64,000 nt of DNA, from contig CANFQO010000008.1 of assembly GCA_947449135.1 (NCBI GenBank), forward strand, positions 2,129 through 66,128, in the 5' to 3' direction. The notes beneath the pieces are model-generated. The model worked only from the letters and a program-made list of their open reading frames with translations, did no database searches and was not told the origin of the DNA. The position numbers and the translations under genes are program-made. This stretch comes from Planctomycetaceae bacterium. Lineage in GTDB: Bacteria > Planctomycetota > Planctomycetia > Pirellulales > UBA1268. How positions within the stretch are numbered: position 1 is the first letter of the stretch; each line of letters opens with the position of its first letter. Shown here one piece after another: positions 36,465-46,510 of this stretch.

Positions 36465-39191
36465 ATGGCAGCCACGTTTGTCGACCCGTTTTCGGCCCGC
36501 GCCACCTTCGACACCGGTTCCGGTCCGGCCACGCTCTACCGTCTACGGGCCCTCGACGACGCCGGCATCGCGAACACTGCTCGGCTGCCCTATTCGATCC
36601 GAACCGTCCTCGAGGCCCTCTTGCGGACCTGCGACAACTACGAGGTGACGGAGGCCGACGTCCGCAGTCTCGCCACCTGGAACGCCGCCCAGCCGGCCGA
36701 GACCGAGATTCCTTTCAAGCCTGCACGCGTGGTGCTGCAGGACTTTACGGGGGTGCCGTGTGTGGTGGATCTTGCGGCCATGCGGGCGGCGATGAAGCGT
36801 CTTGGCGGTGATCCACGCAAGATCAACCCGCTCGTGCCGGTCGACCTCGTGATCGATCATTCCGTGCAGGTCGACTTTTTCGGTGCGGCTGATTCACTGG
36901 CAAAAAACGTCGATATCGAGTTTGAGCGGAATGCCGAACGCTATGCCTTCCTGAGGTGGGGACAGCAGGCGTTCCGTAATTTCCGTGTCGTGCCGCCGGC
37001 GATCGGCATCGTCCATCAGGTGAACCTCGAATATCTGGCCGGTTGTGTCTTCCTCCGCGACGATCCGGCGGCGGGCAGCGGTGCCGGGAAGGGGCTTAAA
37101 GTCGCGGTGCCCGACACGCTCGTCGGGACCGACAGCCACACGACGATGATCAATGGTCTCGGGGTCGTGGGCTGGGGCGTGGGGGGCATCGAAGCCGAGG
37201 CCGTGATGCTCGGGCAGGCCTTGTCGCTGCTCTTGCCGGAGGTGGTGGGCTTTGAGTTCACCGGCCGTCTGCCCGCCGGCGCCACCGCGACCGACCTCGT
37301 GCTCACGGTCACCGAAATCTTGCGGAAGGAGGGCGTAGTCGGGAAGTTCGTAGAGTTTTTCGGAACTGGACTCACCGGCATGTCGCTTGCCGACCGTGCC
37401 ACGATCGCCAACATGGCCCCCGAGTATGGCGCCACGATGGGCTTCTTCCCGGTCGATGACGAAACGCTTCGCTACCTCCGCCTGACCGGGCGACCGGCGG
37501 AGCAGGTGACGCTCGTGGAGCGATACATGAAAGAGCAGGGACTCTTCCGTACGGCCGCCGCGGCCGTACCGGAGTTTACGAAACGGCTCAGCCTGGATCT
37601 CGGCAGCATCGTGCCGAGCCTGGCTGGCCCCAAGCGGCCGCAGGACCGGGTCGCTCTGCACTCGGTCAAGAAAACATTTGCCGAGTCGCTCACAGCCCCC
37701 ACGGCCAAGCGAGGCTTCGCACTTGAAGGGCCGGCCCTATCGCGGACCGGAACCGTCAAGGACAACGGCCATGACTCCACGATCCACCACGGCGCGGTGG
37801 TGATCGCCGCCATCACCAGCTGCACCAACACCAGCAACCCCAGCGTGATGGTGGCTGCAGGTCTGGTGGCCCGGAAGGCGGTGGCCAAGGGGCTCGCCAC
37901 GAAGCCATGGGTGAAGACGAGCCTTGCCCCCGGATCCCGTGTCGTCACTGACTACCTGGAGCGATCGGGCCTCGACAAGGACCTCGACGCGCTCGGCTTC
38001 GAGACCGTCGGCTACGGCTGTACGACCTGCATCGGCAACTCGGGTCCGCTGCCCGACGCAGTCGCCAAAGCCGTGGCGGAAGGGGATCTGGTGGCCGCTG
38101 CCGTACTCTCCGGCAATCGCAATTTCGAGGGCCGGGTCAATCCGCTGGTGAAGGCCAACTGGCTGGCCAGCCCGCCGCTGGTTGTGGCCTACGCACTGGC
38201 GGGTACCACCGACATCGACATGGATCGCGAGCCGATCGGCAGTGGCCGCGATGGCCAACCGGTGTTTCTCCGCGACATCTGGCCGACGGCCGAAGAGGTG
38301 CGGCAGACCGTGGACGCGTGCGTGCTGCCGACACAGTTCCAGAATCGCTACGGCAACGTCTGGAATTCGAACGAGCGGTGGAACGCCGTGCCGACCTCCG
38401 CTGGCGAACTCTACGACTGGCAGGCTGCGAGTACCTACATCCAGGAACCGCCGTTTCTGGCCGACATCACCCGCGAAGCAGCGGCCCCGCAGAGCGTCCG
38501 CGGAGCCCGCGTGCTGCTGGCCTTGGGCGACAGCGTGACGACCGACCACATCTCGCCGGCCGGCAGCATCGCCAAGGCGAGCCCGGCCGGGCACTATCTG
38601 ATGGAGCACGGCGTCGAGCCGGTCGAGTTCAACAGCTACGGTGCACGTCGCGGCAACGACCGCGTGATGACCCGCGGCACGTTTGCCAACATCCGCATCC
38701 GCAACCTGCTCGTGCCGGGCACGGAGGGGGGCGTCACGCGGTTTCTGCCGGGGACGGAGGTGATGCCGGTCTATGATGCCGCGGTCAAGTACAAGGAGGC
38801 GGGCACGCCGCTGGTGGTGCTGGCCGGCGCGGAATACGGCACCGGTAGTTCCCGCGACTGGGCTGCGAAGGGGACGATGCTGCTGGGTGTGCGAGCCGTG
38901 CTGGCCACCAGCTTCGAGCGGATTCACCGCTCGAATCTCGTCGGCATGGGTGTGCTGCCTTTGGTGCTGCCGGAGCCGTGGCAGCAGCTTGGTCTCACGG
39001 GTGAAGAGACGTTCGACATCCCGTTTGAAAACCTCGTGCCGCGGACGACCGTGATGGTGAAGGCCACGCGGCCTGACGGTACGGTGCGAGAGATTCCCTG
39101 CATGGTGCGGATCGATACGCCGGTCGAACTGGATCAGTTCCGCGCCGGCGGGATTCTGCCCTTCGTGCTGCGGAAACTGCTGGCGGTGTGA
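36465..39191 (+). CDS. acnA: Aconitate hydratase A (monomeric, IRP-like)
   Basis: 908 aa. [48 protein letters not shown] and [17 protein letters not shown] motifs. Confidence 0.95.
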   Translation: MAATFVDPFSARATFDTGSGPATLYRLRALDDAGIANTARLPYSIRTVLEALLRTCDNYEVTEADVRSLATWNAAQPAETEIPFKPARVVLQDFTGVPCVVDLAAMRAAMKRLGGDPRKINPLVPVDLVIDHSVQVDFFGAADSLAKNVDIEFERNAERYAFLRWGQQAFRNFRVVPPAIGIVHQVNLEYLAGCVFLRDDPAAGSGAGKGLKVAVPDTLVGTDSHTTMINGLGVVGWGVGGIEAEAVMLGQALSLLLPEVVGFEFTGRLPAGATATDLVLTVTEILRKEGVVGKFVEFFGTGLTGMSLADRATIANMAPEYGATMGFFPVDDETLRYLRLTGRPAEQVTLVERYMKEQGLFRTAAAAVPEFTKRLSLDLGSIVPSLAGPKRPQDRVALHSVKKTFAESLTAPTAKRGFALEGPALSRTGTVKDNGHDSTIHHGAVVIAAITSCTNTSNPSVMVAAGLVARKAVAKGLATKPWVKTSLAPGSRVVTDYLERSGLDKDLDALGFETVGYGCTTCIGNSGPLPDAVAKAVAEGDLVAAAVLSGNRNFEGRVNPLVKANWLASPPLVVAYALAGTTDIDMDREPIGSGRDGQPVFLRDIWPTAEEVRQTVDACVLPTQFQNRYGNVWNSNERWNAVPTSAGELYDWQAASTYIQEPPFLADITREAAAPQSVRGARVLLALGDSVTTDHISPAGSIAKASPAGHYLMEHGVEPVEFNSYGARRGNDRVMTRGTFANIRIRNLLVPGTEGGVTRFLPGTEVMPVYDAAVKYKEAGTPLVVLAGAEYGTGSSRDWAAKGTMLLGVRAVLATSFERIHRSNLVGMGVLPLVLPEPWQQLGLTGEETFDIPFENLVPRTTVMVKATRPDGTVREIPCMVRIDTPVELDQFRAGGILPFVLRKLLAV

Positions 39192-39336
39192 CGCGGCCAT
39201 CGGGCCGGACGGCGGATCTCAGATCGGGCGGAAATCTCTGCGCAGACGGCAAGGTCTCGATCTGCTTCGCAGCGGCGTCACCGCAGCGTATACTCGATGC
39301 CGTCGCCGCCCGAACGCGGCGTGTGTCGTTCAGGAT

Positions 39337-39360
39337 CATGCAGTCAGGACAGACTGCATG
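39337..39360. promoter_or_regulatory. Perfect 9-6-9 inverted repeat upstream of the oxoamine synthase gene
   Basis: catgcagtc aggaca gactgcatg, 43 nt upstream of the preferred start at 39403. Confidence 0.5.
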
Positions 39361-39402
39361 CTTTGTCGCTCTCGCGTTTACTCGCACGGAGGGGAGCATT
39401 CG

Positions 39403-41010
39403 ATGGGAGTCGGCATCATGAGCACGATGACTGGGGTCGGTGGTGAATACGGCGAGCAGTTGGTCGCGGATCGGAGCGGGCCCCGGGCACACGCGACGGA
39501 GTCGATCGAGCGGGTGGTCTTCGAAGAACTCGCCCGGGTGATTCCGGCAGCCACGATTCGCATCCTCACCCCGGAGTCGTCGCTGGCCGAAGGCGGTGTC
39601 GACGCCGCTCGCTTCCTCGACCTCATCAGCCGTATCGAGGGCCGCTATCAGATGCGGTTTCGCGACGAGTGGCTCCACGGCATTCGAACCTACCGGGATC
39701 TGATGGACTGTATCGCCGCCCGCATGTTTGATGAGGCGGACCGTGCAGTCGAGACCGCCGCTCGGGCCACTCGGAAGCCGGGCCATCAGGCAGCGGCGAA
39801 CCGATCGCCTGCCGATGACCACTTCCCGTTTCCCGAGTGTGCTGCGCTCGAGGAGCGGCTCGCGGGGCTTGAGTCGGCCGGGCTCGAAAATCCCTTTCTC
39901 CGCGCCAACGAGGAGGTGCACGGCCGCACGGCACGGGTGGGAGGTCGCGACGTCGTCAGCTTCACGAGCTTCGACTACCTCGGCCTGGCCTGTCATCCGG
40001 ATGTGACGAGGGCCGCCAAGAAGGCGATCGATCGCTTTGGCTGCAGCGCCTCGGCCAGTCGCATGGTTGGCGGCAATAACACGATCCTCGACGACCTTGA
40101 CGCCGAACTGGCTCGTTTTCTCGGCACCGAGCGGGCCGTGGTGTTTCCCTGCGGTTATGGGACGAACGCCTCGGTGTTCAACCATCTGTTTGGGGCCGGT
40201 GACCTGATTCTCTATGACGAACTGGCCCACAACAGCATCATGCAGGGTGCGAATGCATCGAAGGCGGGCAAGCGTTCGTTCCGGCACAACGATTACGAAC
40301 AACTCGACGGCCTGCTTCGCGACCTGCGGTCGCAATACAAGCGGGTGGTGGTGGCGATCGAGGGCGTCTACAGCATGGACGGCGACTATCCCGACCTGCC
40401 GAAGTTCATCGAGGTGAAGAAGCGGCACGACGCATTGCTTTACGTGGACGAGGCGCACTCACTGGGCACGATGGGTCCCGAAGGCCGGGGCATCTGCGAC
40501 TTCTTTGGCTGCGATCCCGCCGACGGCGACCTCTGGATGGGCACGATCAGCAAAGCGCTCGGGGCCGGTGGTGGCTACCTCGCCGGCGGCGAGCGGCTGA
40601 TCCGCTATCTCGGCTATACGACCCCCGCCTTCGTTTTCTCGACCGCCTGCTCACCGCCGAACGCCGCCGCGGCGCTCGAGGGGCTGCGGGTGATCCGTCG
40701 CGAGCCGTGGCGGGTGACCCGGCTTCGGGAGCGGTCGGAACTGTTCCTCAAACTGGCTGCCGACTGTGATCTCGACACGGGCTCGAGTGCTGACACACCC
40801 GTGATCCCGGTCATCGTGGGCAGTTCTACGCGGGCCATCCAGGTCTCGCAGATGCTGCTGCAGCGGGGCATCAATGCCCGGCCGATTCTCTATCCAGCCG
40901 TTCGCGAGAGCGCCGCCCGCGTGCGGTTTTTCATCACCAGCGAGCACAGCGAAGAGCAGATCGCCCAGGCCGTCGAAACCGTCGCTGATGTGATGGAGGC
41001 GACTGCCTAA
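39403..41010 (+). CDS. Alpha-oxoamine synthase (AONS/serine palmitoyltransferase-like PLP enzyme) with an N-terminal acyl-carrier-like domain
   Basis: GGAGGGGA at 39388-39395 lies 7 nt upstream of ATG 39403. The AOS core has FDYLGL, SRMVGGN, DELAHNSI, VDEAHSLG and the PLP lysine in GTISKALG. The N-terminal ~75 aa resemble a PP-binding fold (LAEGGVDAARFLDLISRIE). Confidence 0.85.
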   Translation: MGVGIMSTMTGVGGEYGEQLVADRSGPRAHATESIERVVFEELARVIPAATIRILTPESSLAEGGVDAARFLDLISRIEGRYQMRFRDEWLHGIRTYRDLMDCIAARMFDEADRAVETAARATRKPGHQAAANRSPADDHFPFPECAALEERLAGLESAGLENPFLRANEEVHGRTARVGGRDVVSFTSFDYLGLACHPDVTRAAKKAIDRFGCSASASRMVGGNNTILDDLDAELARFLGTERAVVFPCGYGTNASVFNHLFGAGDLILYDELAHNSIMQGANASKAGKRSFRHNDYEQLDGLLRDLRSQYKRVVVAIEGVYSMDGDYPDLPKFIEVKKRHDALLYVDEAHSLGTMGPEGRGICDFFGCDPADGDLWMGTISKALGAGGGYLAGGERLIRYLGYTTPAFVFSTACSPPNAAAALEGLRVIRREPWRVTRLRERSELFLKLAADCDLDTGSSADTPVIPVIVGSSTRAIQVSQMLLQRGINARPILYPAVRESAARVRFFITSEHSEEQIAQAVETVADVMEATA

Positions 41011-43479
41011 CCAGCCAGTTTGCCGGCGGATGGGTGGTCGCTTCCCGGGGCCGTCCAGGACAGCGCAGGGCTTCCGAAAATGCCGTCGCGCCGAACGGTC
41101 TGCCGTCGTCGCACGAAGGCGTCGGTGACCACCAGGAGCGCCGGCAGAAAGACGAGTTCTGCGACCGTGGCCGCGGCCACGGCGGCGCAGGCGAGCATCC
41201 CGAATCGTGATAGCGCCGGCACGGAACTCACCGTCACGGCCGCGAATCCGATCGCCAGCACGAGGCCTCCGAGCACGACCGCATTGCCCGTTTCCGCCAC
41301 GGCACGGCGGACGGCGGTCGCGATCGACAGCCCCTCGCGCTGCTGACGCTTCAGCGCCGCGAGCACGTGCACCGTATCGTCCACGGCCAGCCCCAGGCAG
41401 ACGTTGAACACGATCACCGTGGCGGGATCGAGCGATTTTCCGAGCCACACGAGCAGTGCCCCGATGACGGCAAGCGGAAACACGTTCGGGATCAGGCTCA
41501 CGAGGCCAGCCAGCGGCGAGCGGAAGGCCACGGCGAGGACGAGGCCGATGACCGCCACCTCCAGCAGTAGGCTGGAGCCGAGGTCGTGGACCAGTTGGCG
41601 GATGTTGCGGGCGGAGACGACCGACATTCCCGCCAGTTCGAACGTCCAGCCGGGGCGGTCGGCGGCAAGGCCGGCCAGACCCGCGTCGATGCGGGCGTAA
41701 ACACCCTCCAGCGTTCGCGATCTGGTCGCCCACGCGGGCCCGCACAATCGCCATGCGGTTCTCCTCGTCGACCAGATCGCGAAACTCGGCGGGGTCGAGC
41801 CGCTGCCTGGCCCGCTGCGGCACCGTTTTGGCCACCGTGGCCAACGAGAGTGCCCGCGTGATTCCCCCGGATTCATCGAGGACGCTATGCACATCGTCAA
41901 GTGATTCAAGCACGCCCGCGTCGAGCCAGCCGAGATCCTCCGGCCAGCGGACCACGACATCGACGCCCATCGCGCCGCCAAACTCGCGATCGACGCGGGT
42001 GAGCGTCTGGGAGGCCACAGCCTCCCGCGGCAGGCTATCGATCACTCGGTTGTCGGCGTCGAGTCCTGTGGCCAGAAAAGCAAGCAGGAGTGTGGCAGCA
42101 CAGCCCACTGCGGAGATCGATCGAGGGTGTCGGACGGAGAACGCCGTGAGCGCGTTGGCCAGGCGGCCCGCAAGCCGGGACGATCGTCCCAGCCGCATGC
42201 CGCTGAAGGCGGAGGTAGAGGCGAGCAGGGGGGTGAGCAGCGTGACGGCGAGGAAGCTTGCCACGGCGCCAGCCGCCGCAGCGAGCCCGAAGATGCGGAC
42301 CGCATCGATGCGAGCTGCCGCGAGCGAGGCAAACCCGATCGCCGTCACCAGACTCGTCAGGCCGCACGCCGCCCCCACTCGGCGGATGGCCCCACTCGAT
42401 GCGGCCACGCCAGCGACCCCGCGGCGGGCGCTGCGGCGCATGTCTTCGATGAAGTGGATCGAGTCACACGTGCCCACCACGAGCGCCAGCGAAGGCACCA
42501 CGCTGGTCAGGAGGTTGACGGGCACGCCGCAGAGGCCGACGATCCCCATCGCCCACACGGCGCCCACGAAGGGCGGCACGCAGGCGACGATGGTCGACCG
42601 CAGGCTACGTGCCACGGCCGCCGAGAGCACAACGGCCAGGCCGAGGCCGAGTGAGTTGAAAAAGAGCATGTCGCGGCGAAGTGCCAGCGCCGCCTGCTCG
42701 CGGAGGGCGGGCATGCCGGTGAGGGCAAGCTTCAGCACGCCGTTGCCACGGTCTGCGTTGTGGTCGGCGAGGAGGTTCTCGATGCGGGTCACCACCTCGC
42801 CGAGCCGCGGCGGCTTGTCGGCGGCGGCATCCAGGCGGGCGATGATCAAGACGGAGGAGCCGTCGCTTGAGAGCAAATGGCCTTGAATCAGTGGGTGGTC
42901 GAGGGCACGGGTCTCGGCGGCCTCGGCTTCGGCGGGGGTAAGCTCACCCTCGACATGCGGGATCACCGGCAGCATCGCGCCGGCCATACCCTGGCGGCGG
43001 ATGTCGAACATCGACCGTACCTGCTCCACGCCGTCGATGGTCGCCAGTCTGTCGGCGAGCGAGCGGAGTGCCGCGAGCGACGGACCATCGAACAGGTTCC
43101 CCGAGCGGGCCGAGGCACGGATGATGCAATCCCGGTCTGGAGCGCCGAAGTGGGCAGCCACCTCGTCGACCAGCCGGAAGTCGGCGTTGGCGTCACGGAG
43201 CAACGACCGCAGATCGTCGTCAATCCTGAGACGGGACAGGCCGACGGCTGCTAGGAGCGTGAGGAGTCCGACGGCAACTGCGGCACCGATTCGCCAGTAT
43301 CGCGGGCCGTCGTTTGGGGCCGCTCCCGGCTCGCCAGCAGGTGCAGTTCCTCTGGATCGACGATCCAGCCCCGGCACCCCGGCACCCCGCAGCGGCACGG
43401 AATCGCCGCGTCGGCCGGCCAGCAATAGTCGATCAGCAGCTCGTCGCCCGCGTTGATCGAACGGATCGTTTGCAGCCAC
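41007..43479 (-). pseudogene. MMPL/RND-superfamily (sterol-sensing-domain type) transporter with an apparent 1-nt frameshift near 41700-41730
   Basis: The N-terminal half reads in the frame of ORF 40651..43479 up to ...RARVGDQIAN. The C-terminal six-TM half (LEGVYARIDAGL...NVCLGLAVDDTVHVL...) reads in the frame of ORF 41007..41981. The start is uncertain (ATG 43479 or GTG 43377). Confidence 0.75.
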
Positions 43480-43871
43480 AGCCGGTCTTCCTGAAGGCTT
43501 CCATCCTCGTCAAACCAGTAGAAGAGCTCACAGTTGGGATCGCAACTGTGGTTTAGAAATCGTAACGGAGCGGTCGGTTCCAGCACCCTGCCGCTCGGCA
43601 ATTCCATGCAATAGCTCGGATCTTCGGGCTCCACCGGAAAAATCTCGCCTTGGATCTCGCCCAGCACCATGCCGGCCTTGAGTTTCCGGCGGGCGAACAC
43701 TCCGCGACCAACTGGCGTTTCGTCGACGCGAACCAGCTGGCGGAGCCTTTCAGCACCGGTGGTGCGGGCCGTTTTTCCCGATCCGGACTTTGGTTTTGCG
43801 GGCCGCTCCGAAAGCAGATTGCTATCCTGTGGTAGGGTCATGGGTAGTCGTCGGCGTTTCCTGGGCGGCAT
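43251..43871 (-). CDS. SET-domain protein lysine methyltransferase
   Basis: GRGVFARRKLKAGMVLGE, RFLNHSCDPNC, ELLIDY and a post-SET Cys cluster CRCGVPGCRG. Confidence 0.85.
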   Translation of the reverse strand: MPPRKRRRLPMTLPQDSNLLSERPAKPKSGSGKTARTTGAERLRQLVRVDETPVGRGVFARRKLKAGMVLGEIQGEIFPVEPEDPSYCMELPSGRVLEPTAPLRFLNHSCDPNCELFYWFDEDGSLQEDRLWLQTIRSINAGDELLIDYCWPADAAIPCRCGVPGCRGWIVDPEELHLLASRERPQTTARDTGESVPQLPSDSSRS

Positions 43872-43898
43872 TTCTCAAAGCACTGGAAAACTCTAGCG

Positions 43899-45059
43899 GT
43901 GATGAACAGCGTCCGTCAACGGTTGCCCTTGAACGAGGCCCGACTGCAGGGTGCTCGTCGCTGCTTCGGCGGTGTCGTGCTCCTGCTCGCGTGTGGAATG
44001 CTGTGGGCTCTGCCCACGCGGGCTGAGGAGGCGAAGGTGACCCGCCCACCATGTCCGCTGCGCATCGCCTGTTTTAATGCGGAGAATCTCGCCGCCCCCG
44101 GCGAGCGGACCACCCTCACCCGGTTCCGGTTCGAACCAGCCCGTCGGCGTCACCTCGAGCACATCGCGGCCGTCATCGAGACTCTGGCGGCGGATGTCGT
44201 GGTCATGCCGGAGGTGGTGTCTCGCGCCGGGGTCGACGCGGTCGTGGACCTGCTCCACGCCAAGGGGCTGCGGGAGTATCGCGGCTATCACGTGGACGGC
44301 CGGGACAAGTTCTCCGGATTCGATGTGGCCATCCTCTCGCGGATCGAACCTGACGAGGTGAATGGTCGGCCGATTCAGATCTTCGTGCCGTCAGGAAACA
44401 AGCGTTCGTCCAAGCCTGCTGGGGATGGCGACGATCAGACCGAGGGGGGAGACGATTGGCTCCGGCGTGCCTACAGCCACGTCGACGCCCGCGGCGTCAC
44501 CCGCAACGAGCAGGCGGTGTTGCAGCGGCATGCGGTCGCCTACTTCACGGTCTGCGGCCGGAAGATCGGCCTGCTGGGGCTGCATCTGAAGAGCAATCCA
44601 TCCGACGTTGGCAGCAACGCGCAGCGCTCGGCCGAGACGGCGATCGCCCGCGAAATCGTCCGCCGGGAGATCGTCGCCCGCGGCTACTCGCCGATCGTGC
44701 TTGGCGACATCAACGACTACGATCCTGACGTTCCGATGGCGGACGCCGGCCGTCGGACCCGGACGACCGTGCTGCACGACCTCAAGGATTATGACGACGC
44801 TTCTACGGGTGATGAACTCGTCAACGCAGCGCAGTTCATCCCGCGGGTGGCCGATCGCTACACGTCGCACTGGGATTTCAACGAGAACGGCGCCGCGGAT
44901 AGCGATGACGTGTTTACGATGATCGACCACGTGCTCGTGAACCGCGATCTGGTGCCGGCGATCACCCGGGCCTTCATCTGCCACGCGATCGATCTCGACA
45001 TCTCAGACCATTTCCCTGTCGTCGTCGATTTCGATCTCGGCAAACTGCCAGCTGAGTGA
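43899..45059 (+). CDS. Secreted endonuclease/exonuclease/phosphatase (EEP) family protein
   Basis: Signal peptide; RIACFNAENL, VVVMPEV, LGDINDY and the terminal SDHFPVVVDF motifs. Confidence 0.8.
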   Translation: MMNSVRQRLPLNEARLQGARRCFGGVVLLLACGMLWALPTRAEEAKVTRPPCPLRIACFNAENLAAPGERTTLTRFRFEPARRRHLEHIAAVIETLAADVVVMPEVVSRAGVDAVVDLLHAKGLREYRGYHVDGRDKFSGFDVAILSRIEPDEVNGRPIQIFVPSGNKRSSKPAGDGDDQTEGGDDWLRRAYSHVDARGVTRNEQAVLQRHAVAYFTVCGRKIGLLGLHLKSNPSDVGSNAQRSAETAIAREIVRREIVARGYSPIVLGDINDYDPDVPMADAGRRTRTTVLHDLKDYDDASTGDELVNAAQFIPRVADRYTSHWDFNENGAADSDDVFTMIDHVLVNRDLVPAITRAFICHAIDLDISDHFPVVVDFDLGKLPAE

Positions 45060-45191
45060 CGTCGACACGGAGGGAACGCCATCCCGCGTGCCATGCGGAT
45101 CCGGGAAAGCCCAACGACCCGGTGTCCCGTCGCTTCCGCTCCGGGCTTCTATTCAAGCGTTGCCGAACCGCCAGAGGGAACGCACCCTTCG

Positions 45192-45219
45192 AATAAAAGC
45201 CCCCGGCGGAAGCCGGGGG
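45192..45219 (-). terminator. Intrinsic terminator (minus strand) in family C copy 1
   Basis: cccccggc GGAA gccggggg, preceded on the plus strand by aataaaag (= CTTTTATT after the stem on the minus strand). Confidence 0.65.
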
Positions 45220-45348
45220 ACTCCGGGTGTGCATGCCATCCCGCGTGCCATGCGGATCCGGGAAAGCCCAACGACCCGGTGTCCCGTCGGTTCCGCTCCG
45301 GGCTTCTATTCAAGCGTTGCCGAACCGCCTGAGGGAACGCACCCTTCG

Positions 45349-45376
45349 AATAAAAGACCCCGGCGGAAGCCGGGGG
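45349..45376 (-). terminator. Intrinsic terminator (minus strand) in family C copy 2
   Basis: ccccggc GGAA gccgggg with a U-rich tail on the minus strand. It is the first hairpin downstream of the isomerase-like gene stop (45475). Confidence 0.65.
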
Positions 45377-45474
45377 ACTCCGGGTGTGCATGCCATCCCG
45401 CGTGCCATGCGGATCCGGGAAAGCCCAACGACCCGAAGAACGAGCAGGCGTCAGGGCCTGAGGCCCGCCAATCT

Positions 45475-46413
45475 CTACGCCTGTAGTTCTTCCCGCACCT
45501 GCTCGAGCAGTTTCTTGGTGGCCAGAATTCCCTCCGCCTCGGGCAGCGCGTTGCCCTCATACTCGATGCCGACCCAGCCACGGTAGCCGGCGGCCACGAC
45601 CAGTTGCAGCATCCGACGGTAGTCGGTTCGCACCTCGTTGCCATCGGCGTCGAACTCGTGGCTCTTGGCGCTGACGGCCTTCGCAAACGGGAGCAGTTCT
45701 TCCACGCCGCGGTAGCGGTCGTAGTCGTGGAAGTTGCCGAAGTCGGGCAGTGTGCCGCAGTTCGGTTTGTTCACGAGTCGGATCACCCCCGACAGCCACT
45801 CGCCGTTGCTCGACAGGCCGCCGTGATTCTCCACGAGCACCGCCATATCCATCTGGGAGGCATAGTCAGACAGCCGCGCCAAGCCGTCAGCCGTCAACTT
45901 CTGCTGTTCCTCTGGCGTGCCCTTGCTCGCTGCATTCACCCGGATCGAGTGGCAGCCGAGCCGCTTGGCGGCCTCGACCCATGGAAAGTGGTTTTCGATT
46001 GTTTTGCTCCGGGCCGCGTTGTCGGGATCACCGAGATTTCCGAGTCCGTCGCACATGATCAGGACGTTCGTCACACCGTGATCTTCCGCCCGCTTGGCGA
46101 GGTCGGCGAGGTAGGCCGCGTCCTTCGCCTTGTCCTTGAAGAACTGGTTGACGTATTCGACGGCAGCGATGCCGAACTGTTCCTTCGCAGCCCGCGGGAA
46201 GTCGAGGTTGTCGAGTTTGCCGGCGAAGATCGTGCGATGCAGCGACCATTCCGCCAGCGAAATGCCGAAAAGAGGGGCTGGGATCGGGGCGTCGACGGCC
46301 CACGCCTGCGAACTGGCGATCGCTGCTGAGATGGCGGCCAGGAAGCCCCGACGATTCCATCCACGTCGGTTCACGGTGGCGGTGTGCTGATGATAGGCGG
46401 CGAAGTTTGGCAT
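45475..46413 (-). CDS. Tat-exported xylose-isomerase-like TIM-barrel protein (sugar phosphate isomerase/epimerase family)
   Basis: Twin-arginine leader [20 protein letters not shown]. Family motifs include IRVNAAS...VLVENHGG...GWVGIEYEG. Confidence 0.75.
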   Translation of the reverse strand: MPNFAAYHQHTATVNRRGWNRRGFLAAISAAIASSQAWAVDAPIPAPLFGISLAEWSLHRTIFAGKLDNLDFPRAAKEQFGIAAVEYVNQFFKDKAKDAAYLADLAKRAEDHGVTNVLIMCDGLGNLGDPDNAARSKTIENHFPWVEAAKRLGCHSIRVNAASKGTPEEQQKLTADGLARLSDYASQMDMAVLVENHGGLSSNGEWLSGVIRLVNKPNCGTLPDFGNFHDYDRYRGVEELLPFAKAVSAKSHEFDADGNEVRTDYRRMLQLVVAAGYRGWVGIEYEGNALPEAEGILATKKLLEQVREELQA

Positions 46414-46510
46414 GGGTGCACCCTTGCCGGAAGAGTACCAGACGCCGATGCCGCGACACCATGCCGCACAGCCGCCATGGGAAAACCCCCCGACGTCCTC
46501 GTCGCCGGCG

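Larger units (their letters stand above)
45078..45435. repeat. Family C repeat, 157-bp unit, about 2.3 tandem copies
   Basis: gccatcccgcgtgccatgcggatccgggaaagcccaacgacccg starts at 45078, 45235 and 45392. Confidence 0.95.

Noticed and set aside
37737-40458. Two 487-aa minus-strand ORFs opposite acnA and the oxoamine synthase.
   Set aside because: They are antisense to two confidently identified genes, have low-complexity composition and show no recognisable domains.
40651-41700. The C-terminal ~350 aa of the 942-aa ORF 40651..43479, taken as a real extension of the transporter overlapping the oxoamine synthase gene.
   Set aside because: After ...VGDQIAN the translation becomes Arg/Pro/Gly nonsense. 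The adjacent frame carries the genuine second MMPL half and ends at 41007. I interpret this as a frameshift, not a 942-aa protein.
43899-45059. Calling the EEP protein a sphingomyelinase functionally tied to the oxoamine synthase.
   Set aside because: The EEP fold covers nucleases, phosphatases and many phosphodiesterases. Nothing in the visible motifs discriminates a sphingomyelinase. It is kept only as a low-weight remark within the cluster finding.
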